Of a stretch of 64,000 bases of DNA, positions 40,201 through 50,720 are shown one piece after another. Numbering within the stretch: the stretch's first letter is position 1; each line of letters begins with the position of its first letter. The stretch comes from Tubiluchus corallicola (taxonomy: Eukaryota; Animalia; Priapulida). The stretch is from contig JAQGDQ010000460.1 of NCBI GenBank assembly GCA_030141605.1, positions 1-64,000 of the forward strand. Direction: 5' to 3'. The notes beneath the pieces were generated by a model that saw nothing but the letters and a program-made list of their open reading frames with translations, ran no database searches and was not told the DNA's origin. The translations under genes and the position numbers were made by a program.

Positions 40201-43200
40201 ATTAGAAAATTAGAAATACGGGACACTCTTAAAATCTCTCTGTATATTGTGATACATACAAGTTTATACATGTCTACACACACACACACAAACATGTATG
40301 TTATATAAAGGTAGAGACATGAGTTTAAAACATAATGCAAGGATTTGAATGGGTTACGAGTTTAATAGAATTACAAGCTAAAAAATCTGTAAGAGTAAAA
40401 TCATTTGGACATTTTATTTAATACAAACAACAGAGGAATATTATTGTTAGGTAATAAAGGCGACCTAGATAACTAAAACAAATTCTGAAAATAGGAAATC
40501 ATTGGAAAATATATTTTTATTACTAAATTTTTAAATGAACTAAACACATGACATTTGGGTGTCCCCGAAAGGCCAGTACGGGGGAGGAGACGAAAATATA
40601 AAGGACTTCTGGCAATGCTAATCATGTCGTATTTACAATAAAACATCACAAACTTGAATGAAATTTGTGTTTGCAGCTTTTGTACAGATAATGCAGTATC
40701 AGTACCAGAAGGGATGTCTATATAGACTTCGTGCTCTTGGAGAAAGACATCACATGGATATAACAGTAGGTGGGTAACTCTGAATGCAATTCCATAATTG
40801 ATCGAATAGGAAGTTGTTATTAACTTCACGCAAACTCACTACGATCTAGTTTTAGTTCATTTTAAGCAGATGGCATGAACTTTTAATGTTCGAGATGCAG
40901 CTGTTGGACCAACACACTTGACCACATTATCTCTCACAAGTTTCTAAACTCGACAGTCCCAAACTCCTTGCGTACCCACGAAGCCCCGGATATATTTCCT
41001 TCAAAGTTGGAAAACTTATTCAAGTTTTGTTGTTGTTGTTCTGTTTTTTTATTTGTTATTATTGCTTTTTGTGTGGGATCCCTGCTGAGTTGCTCACCTA
41101 GTTGTTCTATTCTATCCACGGAACCGCTCTTTGCGGACCCAAAATAAGTGGGTCCACACATCTCTGGCGCACATATCTCTACAATGTGAAATGGTTTTTG
41201 GTTGTTAAATTAAGACCTTTCTGGTCTAATTGGGTCTCGTGATGTTCTGTTTACAAATTATGAATTAAAGCAAAGTTTTCCCATCAATCTAATCAGCCAA
41301 AAAAGTGGTTTCTTTTAATTTCAATTAATCAGCACCAAAAGATGCTGTTCTTCCTTGTTCTATATCACATTTTGTCATCAGATATTATTGAAATTCAATG
41401 TGAGCAGGCGGAGAGACAGACAGACTTTGACTTTTCATTTATAAATGTTGATTTTTCGTGCTATTTCTTGGTTAATTGTTGCAACCGTACCAACTTTTCT
41501 TTTTCACGCTGTTCCTTGCTTCTGAAGGTTTTTTTCCCTAGAACTATATCAATAGTTTTGGAGGGAGGCTGCATGATAAACGGAATTGGGTAAATACATG
41601 ATCACTTTGCCAATTTTATCAGAATTAGCCAGTCTGACGAGTTTCACGATTTCCATTTTTCAGATGGATTTCACGTGTGGATGTGGAAAGGTCTCTCTTT
41701 TCTTCTTCCATTTTTATTTCTGGGATACGTAAGTTTTAGTTTTTTTCCTCTTCACTTTTTCTACCGTCCAGTGAGTCGTGAATCATTTTGGCTCATGCGA
41801 AACTTCGACAGGAGTCATTGAAGCTCTCAAACTGGCATTTGTGTATATTTGTTTATAGATGCTTGTTTGTTTGTTTGCATAAAGTTTAACCCTTTGCAAA
41901 CTGTGATCCAGCATTTCAGCCACAGTACTTACCTATGAAAACATTGGCAATTACTTAAAATAAATCAACAATAACAAAATGTTATTTCTGTTATTTGTGC
42001 TGATTTTTATTACTAAACACAGAGTTCCTGTTTCCACTGTAATATTGCCTGTGGGTGTGGCAGGACTGAAATCTAGTTATTAATAATAATTTTCTAAGAT
42101 GAGACAGTGAACCAGTAGATGCGTCTTAACCAAGAACAGATATGAATGCATCATCTAAATGAAGATGGCATAAGTACTCGCTTGTCTCTTTTGTCCTTAA
42201 AATTGCATGCTTTGAGGAGGATATTGGCTTCTGCATCCGTAGCGTTGTTCTAAAATTCATTAGTTATTAATGTACAGTCCCCGCTTAACGACTCTCCATT
42301 TAGCGACGTTCCTTTTTAACTGCACTGAACATTTGACACGTTTTTCTCACTTCACGACGCACTGTTTTGTTTTAACAACGATTTTTTTACTTTGCTCGAA
42401 GTCAATTTTTATTTCATCAGCAACTTTTTTCTTAATTTGATGCGTTGAAATGGTACATACTGCGTTATTCTTTTCTAAAAACACACTAGTAACGTAAACA
42501 GTGCAATTACTATACAAGTAAATACATTTTTGCTTCCCAACTGACCATTAAATACTAGCAATTTGTATCAAGCCAGACCAGGGAGCAAGGAATTTTGTCT
42601 GCAACCAATTGCTATAGCAACCAGACTAGATAAAATTCCCAAGATCGGTCCAGGGCTTGGCTTTGACTCTGCTGCAGTGTTTATTGTTTAATCACTGCCT
42701 AAATCGAAACGTTAACTAAAGAGAAATCCCTAGCTAGGTAAGTTAAGATACACAGGTGGCTTCAAGCAAACAGAAAGAAATTAATCAGTAGAAACACGAG
42801 TGAAACTCAAATAACGTTTAATTTATATGATTTAAGCAGCATTGATTTGTGCCTCACGAACATATCTCAGCTCTTACGTTACTTTCTGTGGGCATTTTGG
42901 TTTCGTTTAACGACGTTTTCTTAACATTGTGTTTTGCTGGAACTTATTAGCGTCGTTAAGCTAAGACATACTGTATGTGTGTTTGTAAAATGACAGAAGC
43001 TTTGTGCTTGCCATTGTTATTTATTATTTCAGCAGCTCACATAGAAGTTATACAATAAAATGAATCAGTTATAAAAACAGATTTTTTTCAAATGAAGATT
43101 TCAAAATTTCTCAAAAGTGATGGAGTGTGAACCAGGCATTAGTCTGTTCTCGCTGTGCATCTAATGATGTTCGTTATTGATTTAGTGAGGTTTGTCAGTA

Positions 43201-46200
43201 TCACTCTGCTCTGCTTCTTTCTATTGGTAAACTGACAATAGATAATTGTGTGCCTCCATAGCAGAATCGTCCATAAGTTGGCAATTAAGCTTTTCTAGTT
43301 ATTCACGTATCCTGAATCTCCATTTCATGAGGATCATTTTGATGCCAAGTTCATCGCTCTGTGTTATTTCTAAGCTGAGATAATCCACATTGAAGTTGAG
43401 ATGCGGGCTATGCACTAAAAAACATAATCTTGAGAAAATCACTGTTAAAGTTAGTCATTGTTTTTGTTACGTTTTTAGAAAACACTTAGCAACCGCACAA
43501 ATGTTGGTTGCTACCGACTTTGCAAGAACACATTGAAGTTATGTTTAAATCCACTAGATGGCTGTTCCAGACAAAGATATGAGCTTGGAAACAGAAAAAA
43601 AAACAGAAAGAAAATGACTGCTTCCAGGAGCTGCTATCGGAGTTTGAAAATAAAACTTTTCTCAAACGCAGTACTAGTTTTTAGCCAGAAAATTGGAGCC
43701 GGGGTGACAAAATTATATTTTTAGTATTGTTTGAACATTTTCTAGATAATTTGATGCTAGAATATAAGAGTCCGGTATATTCAGCATTCGTTTTTGTAAA
43801 AAACGAAAATTATCATTTGAGCAAATTTTTGGTGCATTCTACTTTTAAGCGTCATAATGTAGTCTTAATTGTGATGACTTATGGACGGTTTTGGTTTGCA
43901 CGCACACAATTAGATTGTGGAGATGTTTCTGCACTTTGAAAACCCCAATACAATTTGACTCTAATGCTCCTCAAGCAGAAAGTTTGAAATCAGTAATGCT
44001 TGCTTGGCAGCTGGCTAAAAAACATTAAAAAAAGCAAACAAGAGTTACAAGTTTCTCATCAGCCCTTCTGGATGGACGTTTAGTCACTTAATATTACCGC
44101 TATTGGTTTTTTTGGCTCTTTTCTGCTTTTAGATGGTCTACTTGGTAACTGACCAGTGGCCACTAACAACTAGAGTTAGAAGTTTCTTATCAGCCCTTCT
44201 GCATAGACGTTTAGTCATTTAATATCACCGTTATTGGTTTTTTGGCTTTTTTCTGCTTTTAGATTGTCTACTTGGTAACTGACCAGTGGTCACTAACAAC
44301 TTTTTCAGTGCTCATTACATATAGTTGACTTGATATGTTCCTGTTTGCATTATGGCTTTGTTCGAATGTTTTTCTCATTCTAGGCATTCCAAACGTACAA
44401 CGCTTACACGCTGTACCATCTCAGTTATCATCCGCAGTGTACAGAATGGCAGGTAAGTTGATTAAAATTCAGGTGCTTCATTAAGGTGAGCAAGCGAAAG
44501 CACGAGATTTTCCTGCATATGAGCCATTAGTGTAAATTTCGCAGTAGGGTGACTTTATTGAACTGCAGTCAAATACATCCTCCTTTCACGTGACGGTTGA
44601 CTGTAGGCATCCGATATAAAAATAACTTCATTGCCATCTTCTATGTATTAATTACGGTCTTATGTTTTTTATATATATATATATATAAGATTTGAGGCTT
44701 CGATGGCGGCCATTTGCAACGATCTATATATCAAATGAAAGGTCTCGATCTAGTATGAACTCATTGGGGGTTTATATTTTGAATCGGCCCCACCCAGATG
44801 AATGGAGAGCGAAAAACCTCTAAAAATGGCCTTTTCAGCCGTTTTTTGCAAAACTTATACCCTTATTTCTGAAGAATGGGAATGGACCGGGGATGGTGCC
44901 GGCTATGGATAGGTTCAACGGTGGGTGTAGTAGGCATATTTAGAATTCGCGAGAGGGCCACAGCGCTCCGTAACGGACGTTTTCCCAGACCCAACTCCCG
45001 ATTTTTTCGAAATTTTGGCCAAACAGCCTGTAGAAAAAACATTCTAGCGGCGCCTGGTGGGACTCTTGGAAGGAGGTATGTAGCCGTTGAGAAAGAGGGG
45101 GAACAGGGCTACATGACAGTGTGAGCTATGTTTCAGGAAACCTCAACCAAGAGGAGTGGCGACGAGTTAATTAGAGGTTCCATTTCGGCAATTCTCACTT
45201 GGTACACTGCTGACACAAAGCCTTTGTTCTGACGTCATCCATTATACTCTGCCTGTAATTTAATTCAGTAAAAGCTGCTGCTGGCTTTGTGTTAGATAAA
45301 CAAACCAACACTAGGTCGAATGTTCACGCATTGTTGATTATAAGTTGATCCATACGCAAAATGTTTTGCTGGGGTTTTGCTAGTTCTTTAATTATTTCAC
45401 TAAAACCTTTTTTTAAACATAACATTTCCAATATTTTGGTTTAATGGTCTGTTTTTGGTTATAAACTCCCGTCATAGTAGGAGGAATAAGAGTCCGTAAT
45501 AACCAACAGTTCATTTATAACCGAGGAACACACTCCCATCTACATATATAGTGTGTCTTATTAGCAAAGACCCAGTAACTAGGGATTCTTAGTTTAGCCA
45601 CTCTAGCATTAACTACTTTTGCAAATGCTTTGCGATTCCCTTCAGCATGTAAACTGGAGGGTTAAACTAATGAATTATTTTACTGGCATTGGTCGCCTGT
45701 AGCCTATTTTGCTTTTATCAATCATACGCTTTTAGGACCATAACAGACTCTGACGCAATAGAACAAACTAGAATTCAACGCTTTTACTGCCAGGAAATTA
45801 CTATTTCGTGATGCCAATAATGAAATTGCACGTTTTCAATCTAATCGTGATGCGATATGACCACAATGGACGTAAATCATAGCTGGAAAATCCGATAAAA
45901 TACAAGCTATCCTGGGAAGTCATGGAAAAGTCAGGGGAAAAGCTAATTTGGCAAAAAGTCGGGGAAAATGATAGAATTGGGGCGAATAGTCAGGGAAATT
46001 GGAAAGGGTTGCAGAATTCATCACCGTGAACACTTTTCCATTTTTTACCGACATTTTCCAAACATATTTCCCAGCGATTCGCGTTCAAATAAACTTTTGC
46101 CGTGGCAGGCCCCCAGTTTCGGTTTCTGTTCCAAAAATAATGATTGAATTAAAAAAGTTTATTTAATGTGATTAGTGTAATTTTGTTAGCACTACTGCAA

Positions 46201-46700
46201 TTGTGTTGACACATTATATATCAGTATGTGTATGAATGTCCATACACAAAAAACACAAAAATGTTTTGAATATGTATATTGGTAATGCAATTTCTGCTTA
46301 CCTTGGTCATGGAAAATTAATATTTGGTCAGGGAAAAGTCAGAGAAATTTATTTTAAAATTCTGTGGGAGCCCTGAATATGTGAATTGTTTACAATACTA
46401 AGCCTAGATGGCAGCAGCTTGCAACAAATGTACAGATAGCCACTCCCATAAATGTAATACCCATTAAAGTTGTATTAAGTTAACAGAGTTTTTAGAACAA
46501 TGCGTCTTTATACGCATGAGACATTTCGTCACATTTGTCAATTATCGTTCTAGGTGTTTGTGTTGAGCATCATTTTTCTTGTCCTTGCGACTGGAAACAC
46601 TTTGACAACTCTCCAGGTTGTGAAGCAGAAAATCGGTCAACGATTGTCAAAGCGCAGGGACAAAGGACAGGCCCTTATCAACAAATACAAACAGGGTTGA
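25285..46700 (+). CDS. TMEM120: TMEM120 (TACAN/TMPIT family) membrane protein, complete, 11 coding exons, 346 aa
   Basis: Exons 25285-25356, 30379-30497, 31445-31549, 34087-34146, 36030-36122, 37215-37370, 38397-38458, 40677-40769, 41664-41728, 44384-44452 and 46554-46700. All introns are GT-AG with consistent phases; total 1041 nt. Diagnostic motifs: [121 protein letters not shown]. An acceptor at 25256-25257 implies an upstream non-coding exon. Confidence 0.95.
25468..25984 (+). mobile_element. Tc1/pogo-type MITE family E
   Basis: TA|CAGTCATACCTCC ... AAGGTACTACTG|TA; homologous to 18984-19412. Confidence 0.78.
27186..27842 (-). mobile_element. Family J TTAA-flanked element (inverted copy)
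   Basis: TTAA|AGCACGAGAAAA ... TTTTCTTGTCCT|TTAA; reverse complement of 9755-10252. Confidence 0.78.
28320..29000 (-). mobile_element. Partial family A element joined to a segment (about 28324-28520) that is also present at about 52948-53172
   Basis: About 28560-29000 is the reverse complement of 1421-1890. ctagtaaatcactcta...ccacgtcacgtaaga...gtggtacacttaacctt is shared with TRAF intron 4. Confidence 0.65.
29261..29716 (-). mobile_element. Non-autonomous Helitron-like element
   Basis: On the minus strand it starts in a (TA)n run and ends CGCAAAATTTTTTGCG hairpin...CTAG|T, with no TIR or TSD. A longer inverted copy lies at about 44670-45383. Confidence 0.7.
30500..31030. repeat. CT-rich degenerate tandem repeat immediately after TMEM120 exon 2
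   Basis: Recurring cactgtttctgatt / ttctcttcctcgctgtctctc units. Confidence 0.85.
32006..32503. repeat. 23-bp minisatellite, about 21 copies
   Basis: Unit cagccacatgagatacagtctt(a/t/g). Confidence 0.95.
33280..33887 (+). mobile_element. Internally deleted Tc1/mariner element (DD41D/rosa-like) with transposase remnants
   Basis: TA|CAGGGTGTCTGTAAAGTCTCTTTACAATTTTAAAAATTTATTA... long (about 80 bp) TIRs ...CACCCTG|TA. A frameshifted N-terminus [31 protein letters not shown] is fused to a C-terminus [49 protein letters not shown] (33485-33768). Confidence 0.85.
34294..34932 (+). mobile_element. Non-autonomous TIR element family C (~640 bp)
   Basis: About 35-bp TIRs TGTG(C/T)GCTTGCA..(C/G)CAAAA(C/T)CGTCCA(C/T)AA. 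Copies at 36522-37162, 43247-43908 (inverted), 46735-47291 and 51534-52197. Confidence 0.85.
35476..35644. repeat. 57-bp tandem repeat, 3 copies
   Basis: Unit aacttgattactgcaaacactacaatgtgagaaatctttagagcaaatttggtacag. Confidence 0.9.
35853..36074 (+). repeat. 74-bp tandem triplication spanning the TMEM120 intron 4 / exon 5 junction
   Basis: Units start at 35853, 35927 and 36001. Each is 29 nt of intron end plus the first 45 nt of exon 5 ([14 protein letters not shown]). Confidence 0.92.
36522..37162 (+). mobile_element. Family C element
   Basis: Colinear with 34294-34932; ends about 50 bp before TMEM120 exon 6. Confidence 0.82.
37423..37675. mobile_element. hAT-like MITE
   Basis: Flanked by cataactt / cataacct (7/8 TSD match); ends ...GGCTATGCCCCTG. 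Confidence 0.6.
40011..40202. repeat. 32-bp tandem repeat (6 copies) made of flank + TSD + left TIR of the adjacent hAT MITE
   Basis: tagggttgcc recurs at 40029, 40061, 40093, 40125, 40157 and 40189. Confidence 0.9.
40189..40620. mobile_element. hAT-like MITE
   Basis: accatgtc|TAGGGTTGCCAGA ... TCTGGCAATGCTA|atcatgtc (7/8 TSD match), with cgggaca-type subterminal motifs. Confidence 0.75.
42275..42973. mobile_element. Tc1/pogo-type MITE related to family F
   Basis: TA|CAGTCCCCGCTTAACGAC ... GCGTCGTTAAGCTAAGACATACTG|TA; termini are homologous to 7203-7700. Confidence 0.7.
43247..43908 (-). mobile_element. Family C element (inverted orientation)
   Basis: Reverse complement of 34294-34932 / 36522-37162. 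Confidence 0.82.
44041..44301. repeat. 131-bp tandem duplication upstream of TMEM120 exon 10
   Basis: agagtta(c/g)aagtttct(c/t)atcagccc starts at 44041 and 44172. Confidence 0.88.
44670..45383 (+). mobile_element. Non-autonomous Helitron-like element
   Basis: (TA)n start, 3' GCAAAATGTTTTGC hairpin followed by CTAG|T; homologous to 29261-29716 with an extra internal segment. Confidence 0.7.
45910..46375. mobile_element. hAT-like non-autonomous element family K (CAGGG terminus; one end degraded)
   Basis: Repeated aaagtcaggga motifs; ends ...GTGGGAGCCCTG. The inverted homologous terminus starts at 63907. Confidence 0.65.
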
Positions 46701-46734
46701 GCCAGGTTTTTGGCACATACAAGTATTCATAATT

Positions 46735-47291
46735 TGTGCACTTGCAAAACAAAACCATCCTTAAGTTGGCATAGTTAAAACTACGTCATGATGCTTCAAA
46801 GCAGATGTCGATTTTTAATTTTTTATGAAAACAAATGCTAAATATATTGGATTTTTATATTCTAGCATCAAATTATCAGGAAAATGTGCAAAAATACTAA
46901 AAATTTAATTTTATAACTCGTTACCTACTTTTCTGTCTTGAAACTAGCACTGAAATTGTAAAAAAACTTGTATTTTGGAACTCCGATTGTACCTCGTGGA
47001 AGCAGTCGTTTTGCTTCGGGTTTTTTCTGTTGATGATACCAGATCTTCATCATTAAGAGCCATCTACTGGATTTAAACATAGCTTGAACGTGTTATCGCA
47101 AAGTCCATAGCAACCACATTTCCGTACGGTTGCTAAGTGTTTTGTAGAGACGCGACAAAAAACAATGGCTGACTTTAACAGTGATTTTCTCAAGATTAGG
47201 TTTTTCAGTGCACAGCCTGCACCTCAATGATATGTGAATCTAGAAAAACTTAATTGCCGACTCATGGACGATTCTGCTATGCAAGCACACA
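46735..47291 (+). mobile_element. Family C element inside the probable TMEM120 3'UTR
   Basis: Begins 35 bp after the TGA. Candidate AATAAA signals lie downstream at 47636 and 47693. Confidence 0.8.
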
Positions 47292-47810
47292 TTTCTTAAC
47301 TGGTGAGAGCAAGTCTGGTTGGTAGTCAATTCAGTCGGGTTTTATTATGTGAGTGAATACATTTTGGAGAGAAATTTATGTAGAGAAAAAACATGCAATT
47401 TACACAAAAAACGTAATGAGATTTTACATTAATTATCTTTTCTACAGTATTCTTTGACACGTATAGAGAATATGCACATTATGTAATTACAAATTAAATG
47501 TTAAAAATATAGTTAGATGTTTATATGTAATGTTGTAACTATTTTTCGATCTCTATTTTTACACTCTGTTGTTAGATATTGAAATTATGTAAACATATCT
47601 AAGGTGAGCTTTAATATTTTCCTCATAATATATGTAATAAATGCAAAGTTTATTTTTTGCAGTGCTGCTTAAAAAGTTTTTACAATGAAAAGAATAAATC
47701 ATGTTGAAATTTAAGTTTTATCTTGTTTTTGTTCTAATCGTAAAGAAGAGATTGCAACTTTCCTTTTGAACTTTTGACTGATCAGTCTCTCTTTTCTTCT
47801 TCCCTAAGTA

Positions 47811-48296
47811 CAATCAACCTCGGATATAAGGGACACCTCGGGGACCGGAAAAAACCATCCCTTATATTCGGATGTCCCTTATAGCAAAAGTTGAGTCAGA
47901 CCGAGGGCATATCTAGAACCATACTTTTCTGTACTTTTACCCATATTTTTATGGATTATTGCTACACATTCAGTACAAACAGTATGTAAGAAGCTTCTTC
48001 GGTGATGTGAGATGTATGTGAATGCGGAAACTGAGCTGTTCAAAGTTTGGGAGGTTAAAATCGATCAGTTTTGCTTTGATCATAAGGTCCCTTGTATGCG
48101 AGATAATTTACCTGGGTTTCTATTACGCGGGACCTGAAGATATTGTCTGTATAACGGAAAGTCTCTTATATCCGAGTACCTTATATACGAAGATTTTTAC
48201 ATAGGAAAAACATTACGAAAAATCCGGACTGGTGTTGGTGGTCCCTTATAACCATGTGTCCCTTATAAGCGAGTACCTTATATCCGAGGTTGACTG
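47811..48296 (+). mobile_element. MITE family D
   Basis: TA|CAATCAACCTCGGATATAAGG ... CCGAGGTTGACTG|TA. Confidence 0.85.
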
Positions 48297-48519
48297 TACT
48301 GTATCTTTAATTCTACAACAGACACTCCTATTCATAATGGGAGTTTGCTTTGTTTTGCATTTTTTTTCTGAAATTTGTTAATTGGTTCTCGTACGTTTCT
48401 GTTTATGTTAGTTTTTCCTACATCATGTTGGTTTTTATTCGCTTCAGTCGTGCGGTAGCATAAGTTCAAGGGCAGTTTGTAAATAATTTATCGCTAATTG
48501 ATCAACTATCGGCGATTGA

Positions 48520-48717
48520 TAAGTTGTGACGGCAGATGTCATGGCGCGTCGTCATGCGACAAATAGATTTCTCTATGGAACAAAAGGCAGGATCCATAAA
48601 CAAAGAAGTTCTTTGTGCTAGCAAACAGATAAACACTGTCATGTTAGTTTGAAACACTCTCATGTAGAATTGTATAGCGTGCAAGTGCATTGGAAAATGT
48701 AAACGTATATTGATAAG
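48520..48717 (+). other. Probable non-coding first exon / promoter of the TRAF gene
   Basis: CpG-containing stretch (gtcatggcgcgtcgtcatgcgac) ending in a strong donor aag|gtatgc at 48718. The matching acceptor ttttttctaaacaatag| at 49073 precedes the ATG at 49107. Confidence 0.45.
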
Positions 48718-49106
48718 GTATGCAAATTTTTATGTACTTGTCATATAATTAAACACTTACGAATATATTTGTCTAAATTATGTATGCTTTTCTAATTAAA
48801 CTTTCATATTTCTGTTGCTGTTTTTTTGCTAAATTTATTATGTGATCCAGCTGCTACTTTATTGATTTTTAGTAGGCTGTAAATGCATCAGTAAGGATGA
48901 TTTATACCTAATGTTTTTTTTTTGGTTCTCTAGTTTTTTATTTGTCTGTATTATGAGAATTTATCATTCTTTATGAGTTCACATAACAATACATCACCTG
49001 CATCACATACAATTGTCATAATTACTGTTAAGATAAGGAACAGACACATTTTGTTTTTTTTTCTAAACAATAGTCTATTTGAATAAGTTCCAGAACGTTT
49101 TTGAAC

Positions 49107-50643
49107 ATGCCTGCATCGTTAGACGAAGAAGCGGGCACGAAACTGCCTCCTCTCCGCTCGAGCCCGCGTAACGAATCGGCACTGAGCAGTAACAGCAACA
49201 ACAGTTTTACTTCAGAGAGCATCATCTTAGAAGAGACACCGACAGTGTACTTAAAAGATGGGGAGTTGGATAAGAAATACGAGTGCCCTGTGTGTTTCAA
49301 GATTCTCCGATATCCGCTGCAGTTTGACGAGTGCAGCCATAATGTCTGTTCAGCATGTTTAGCCGAACTTTTGAGGTTAGTGTCTTTTTGCACCTTCAAG
49401 TTTGTCATTGTTGCATTTGTAAGGGAATTGATTGTCACTGACCTTGATATTAATTGATATTTTGCAGTCAATTTATCATCAGATTTTTAGACTTGGCGAG
49501 CATTTGGGGAGTGTCCTCGGCAAAAATTTGATCATGATTACAAAAATAACATCAAAGTTAAACATAAATTCACACACATTTGAAATTAATTGTGCCAATC
49601 TTTTGAACCACTTGTTTCTTACACCTAGGGTGTACAGAACTAACAAAAGTTGGTGTACTTTCAACTAGCTTCCTACAACTGGATGATTTCTCAATGCAAA
49701 GACTTTTCACTTGTATTTGTTGACAAATATCTTTATTTAACAGAGTATAAGACCAATGATTTGTGGATTGAAAGATGTTTTTAACTGTAAACAGTCTGAA
49801 TAGTGAATTAATTGTTTACAGTACTTGGAATAATATATGCTACACATATTTTCGTACGGTCAACCTCAGGTATAAGGTACTCACTTGTAAGGGACACTCG
49901 CTTATAAGAGACCACCAACACCGGTCCCGATTTTTCGTAACGTTTTTCCTATGTAAAAATCTTCGTATATAAGGTACTCAGATATAAGGGACTTTCGGTT
50001 ATAAGTGACGATATCTTCAGGTCCCGCGTAATAGAAACCCAGGTAAATTACCTTGCATATAAGGGACCCTATGACACAAGTATTTTTTATGCCCTAAAAA
50101 GCCGAGACCCCGCGTGGGCCCGACTGTATTCCCTTGGACTACGGTCGAGTCTTGTGGCTGTAATGACGTGGGTAACTAGATGAAAATATAAAAAAAAGTT
50201 ACTCAAGTGAAATTGATGGATTTTTAACCTCAATTTTTCGCAAACTCGGCCTTCGAACAGCTCGGTTTCCGTGACACAACTTCGGCTCTATAAAGGACGA
50301 TTTTTTCCGGTACGGAGGTATCCCTTATATCTGAGGTTGACTGTATTTTACAGAAGATTGAGATTAAACTAAATCAACTGGAAAACTTAGCATATTACTC
50401 TTGCTTTGATTGCTTAAAGATGCTTAATTATTTTGTTTTTAGGGTGGTACCGAGATGTCCAATTGACCACGTGCAAATTGATCGAAATCGGGTTTTGGTC
50501 AACAAACCTCTGCAAAAGGAGATCAATGCACTGGAGGTGTTGTGCTATCAGAAACAACGGGGGTGCAAATGGAATGGAATCTACAAAGAACTGTCTGTAA
50601 GTGAGGTCATGTTGATAATGAAGTCGTGAGAGAAGTAAGAGAG

Positions 50644-50720
<77 letters not shown>

